From Brevundimonas sp. (GTDB lineage Bacteria; Pseudomonadota; Alphaproteobacteria; Caulobacterales; Caulobacteraceae), in assembly GCA_027531145.1 (NCBI GenBank), contig JAPZRF010000002.1, positions 46,291 to 110,290 of the forward strand: DNA of 64,000 bases, written 5' to 3'. This document shows positions 63,964 to 64,000 of the stretch, piece by piece. A program made the position numbers and the translations under genes. The notes beneath the pieces are model-generated. The model saw only the letters and a list, made by a program, of their open reading frames with translations. It was not told the origin of the DNA and searched no databases. Within the stretch, counting starts at the first letter, position 1, and every line of letters starts with the position of its first letter.

Positions 63964-64000
63964 GGGCGGCCTGACGGCTGAACCGGCAGGGCCCCGGCGG

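Overview
GC-rich alphaproteobacterial chromosome segment whose gene content and order point to Caulobacteraceae (Brevundimonas/Caulobacter-like; inference). Most of it is housekeeping: a Zur-boxed His-rich TonB receptor with zur, ydbH-ynbE-ydbL, an M23 peptidase, ftsK-lolA, xth-trmD-rplS, acnA, ccmAB, rlmN, tsaB-rimI-fur-miaB-phoH-ybeY-lnt, coaBC-dut, dnaK-dnaJ-dapB with two sigma32 promoters, alkB, senC-regB-regA, mmcB, thpR and a YccA-like gene. Intergenic gaps carry many palindromic REP/CIR-like repeats. I see no rRNA, tRNA, CRISPR array, integrase or transposase. The most interesting observations are: (1) a LexA-boxed lipoprotein whose C-terminal domain resembles a disarmed polymorphic-toxin/pyocin-type RNase, with no immunity gene; (2) a HicA-like gene with His-to-Asn and stop read-through, convergent with a DUF1902/HicB-like gene and sharing the mmcB SOS intergenic region; (3) an unannotated sRNA candidate with an anti-SD loop and a perfect upstream operator; (4) a small membrane protein-SPFH-DUF350-trypsin protease cluster; (5) a NalP-like lipoprotein subtilase with a G11 tract; (6) a 4-kb lower-GC, partly decayed lipid-catabolism islet bounded by CGTC-type REP hairpins. 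All family calls come from motif recognition by eye, not database searches.
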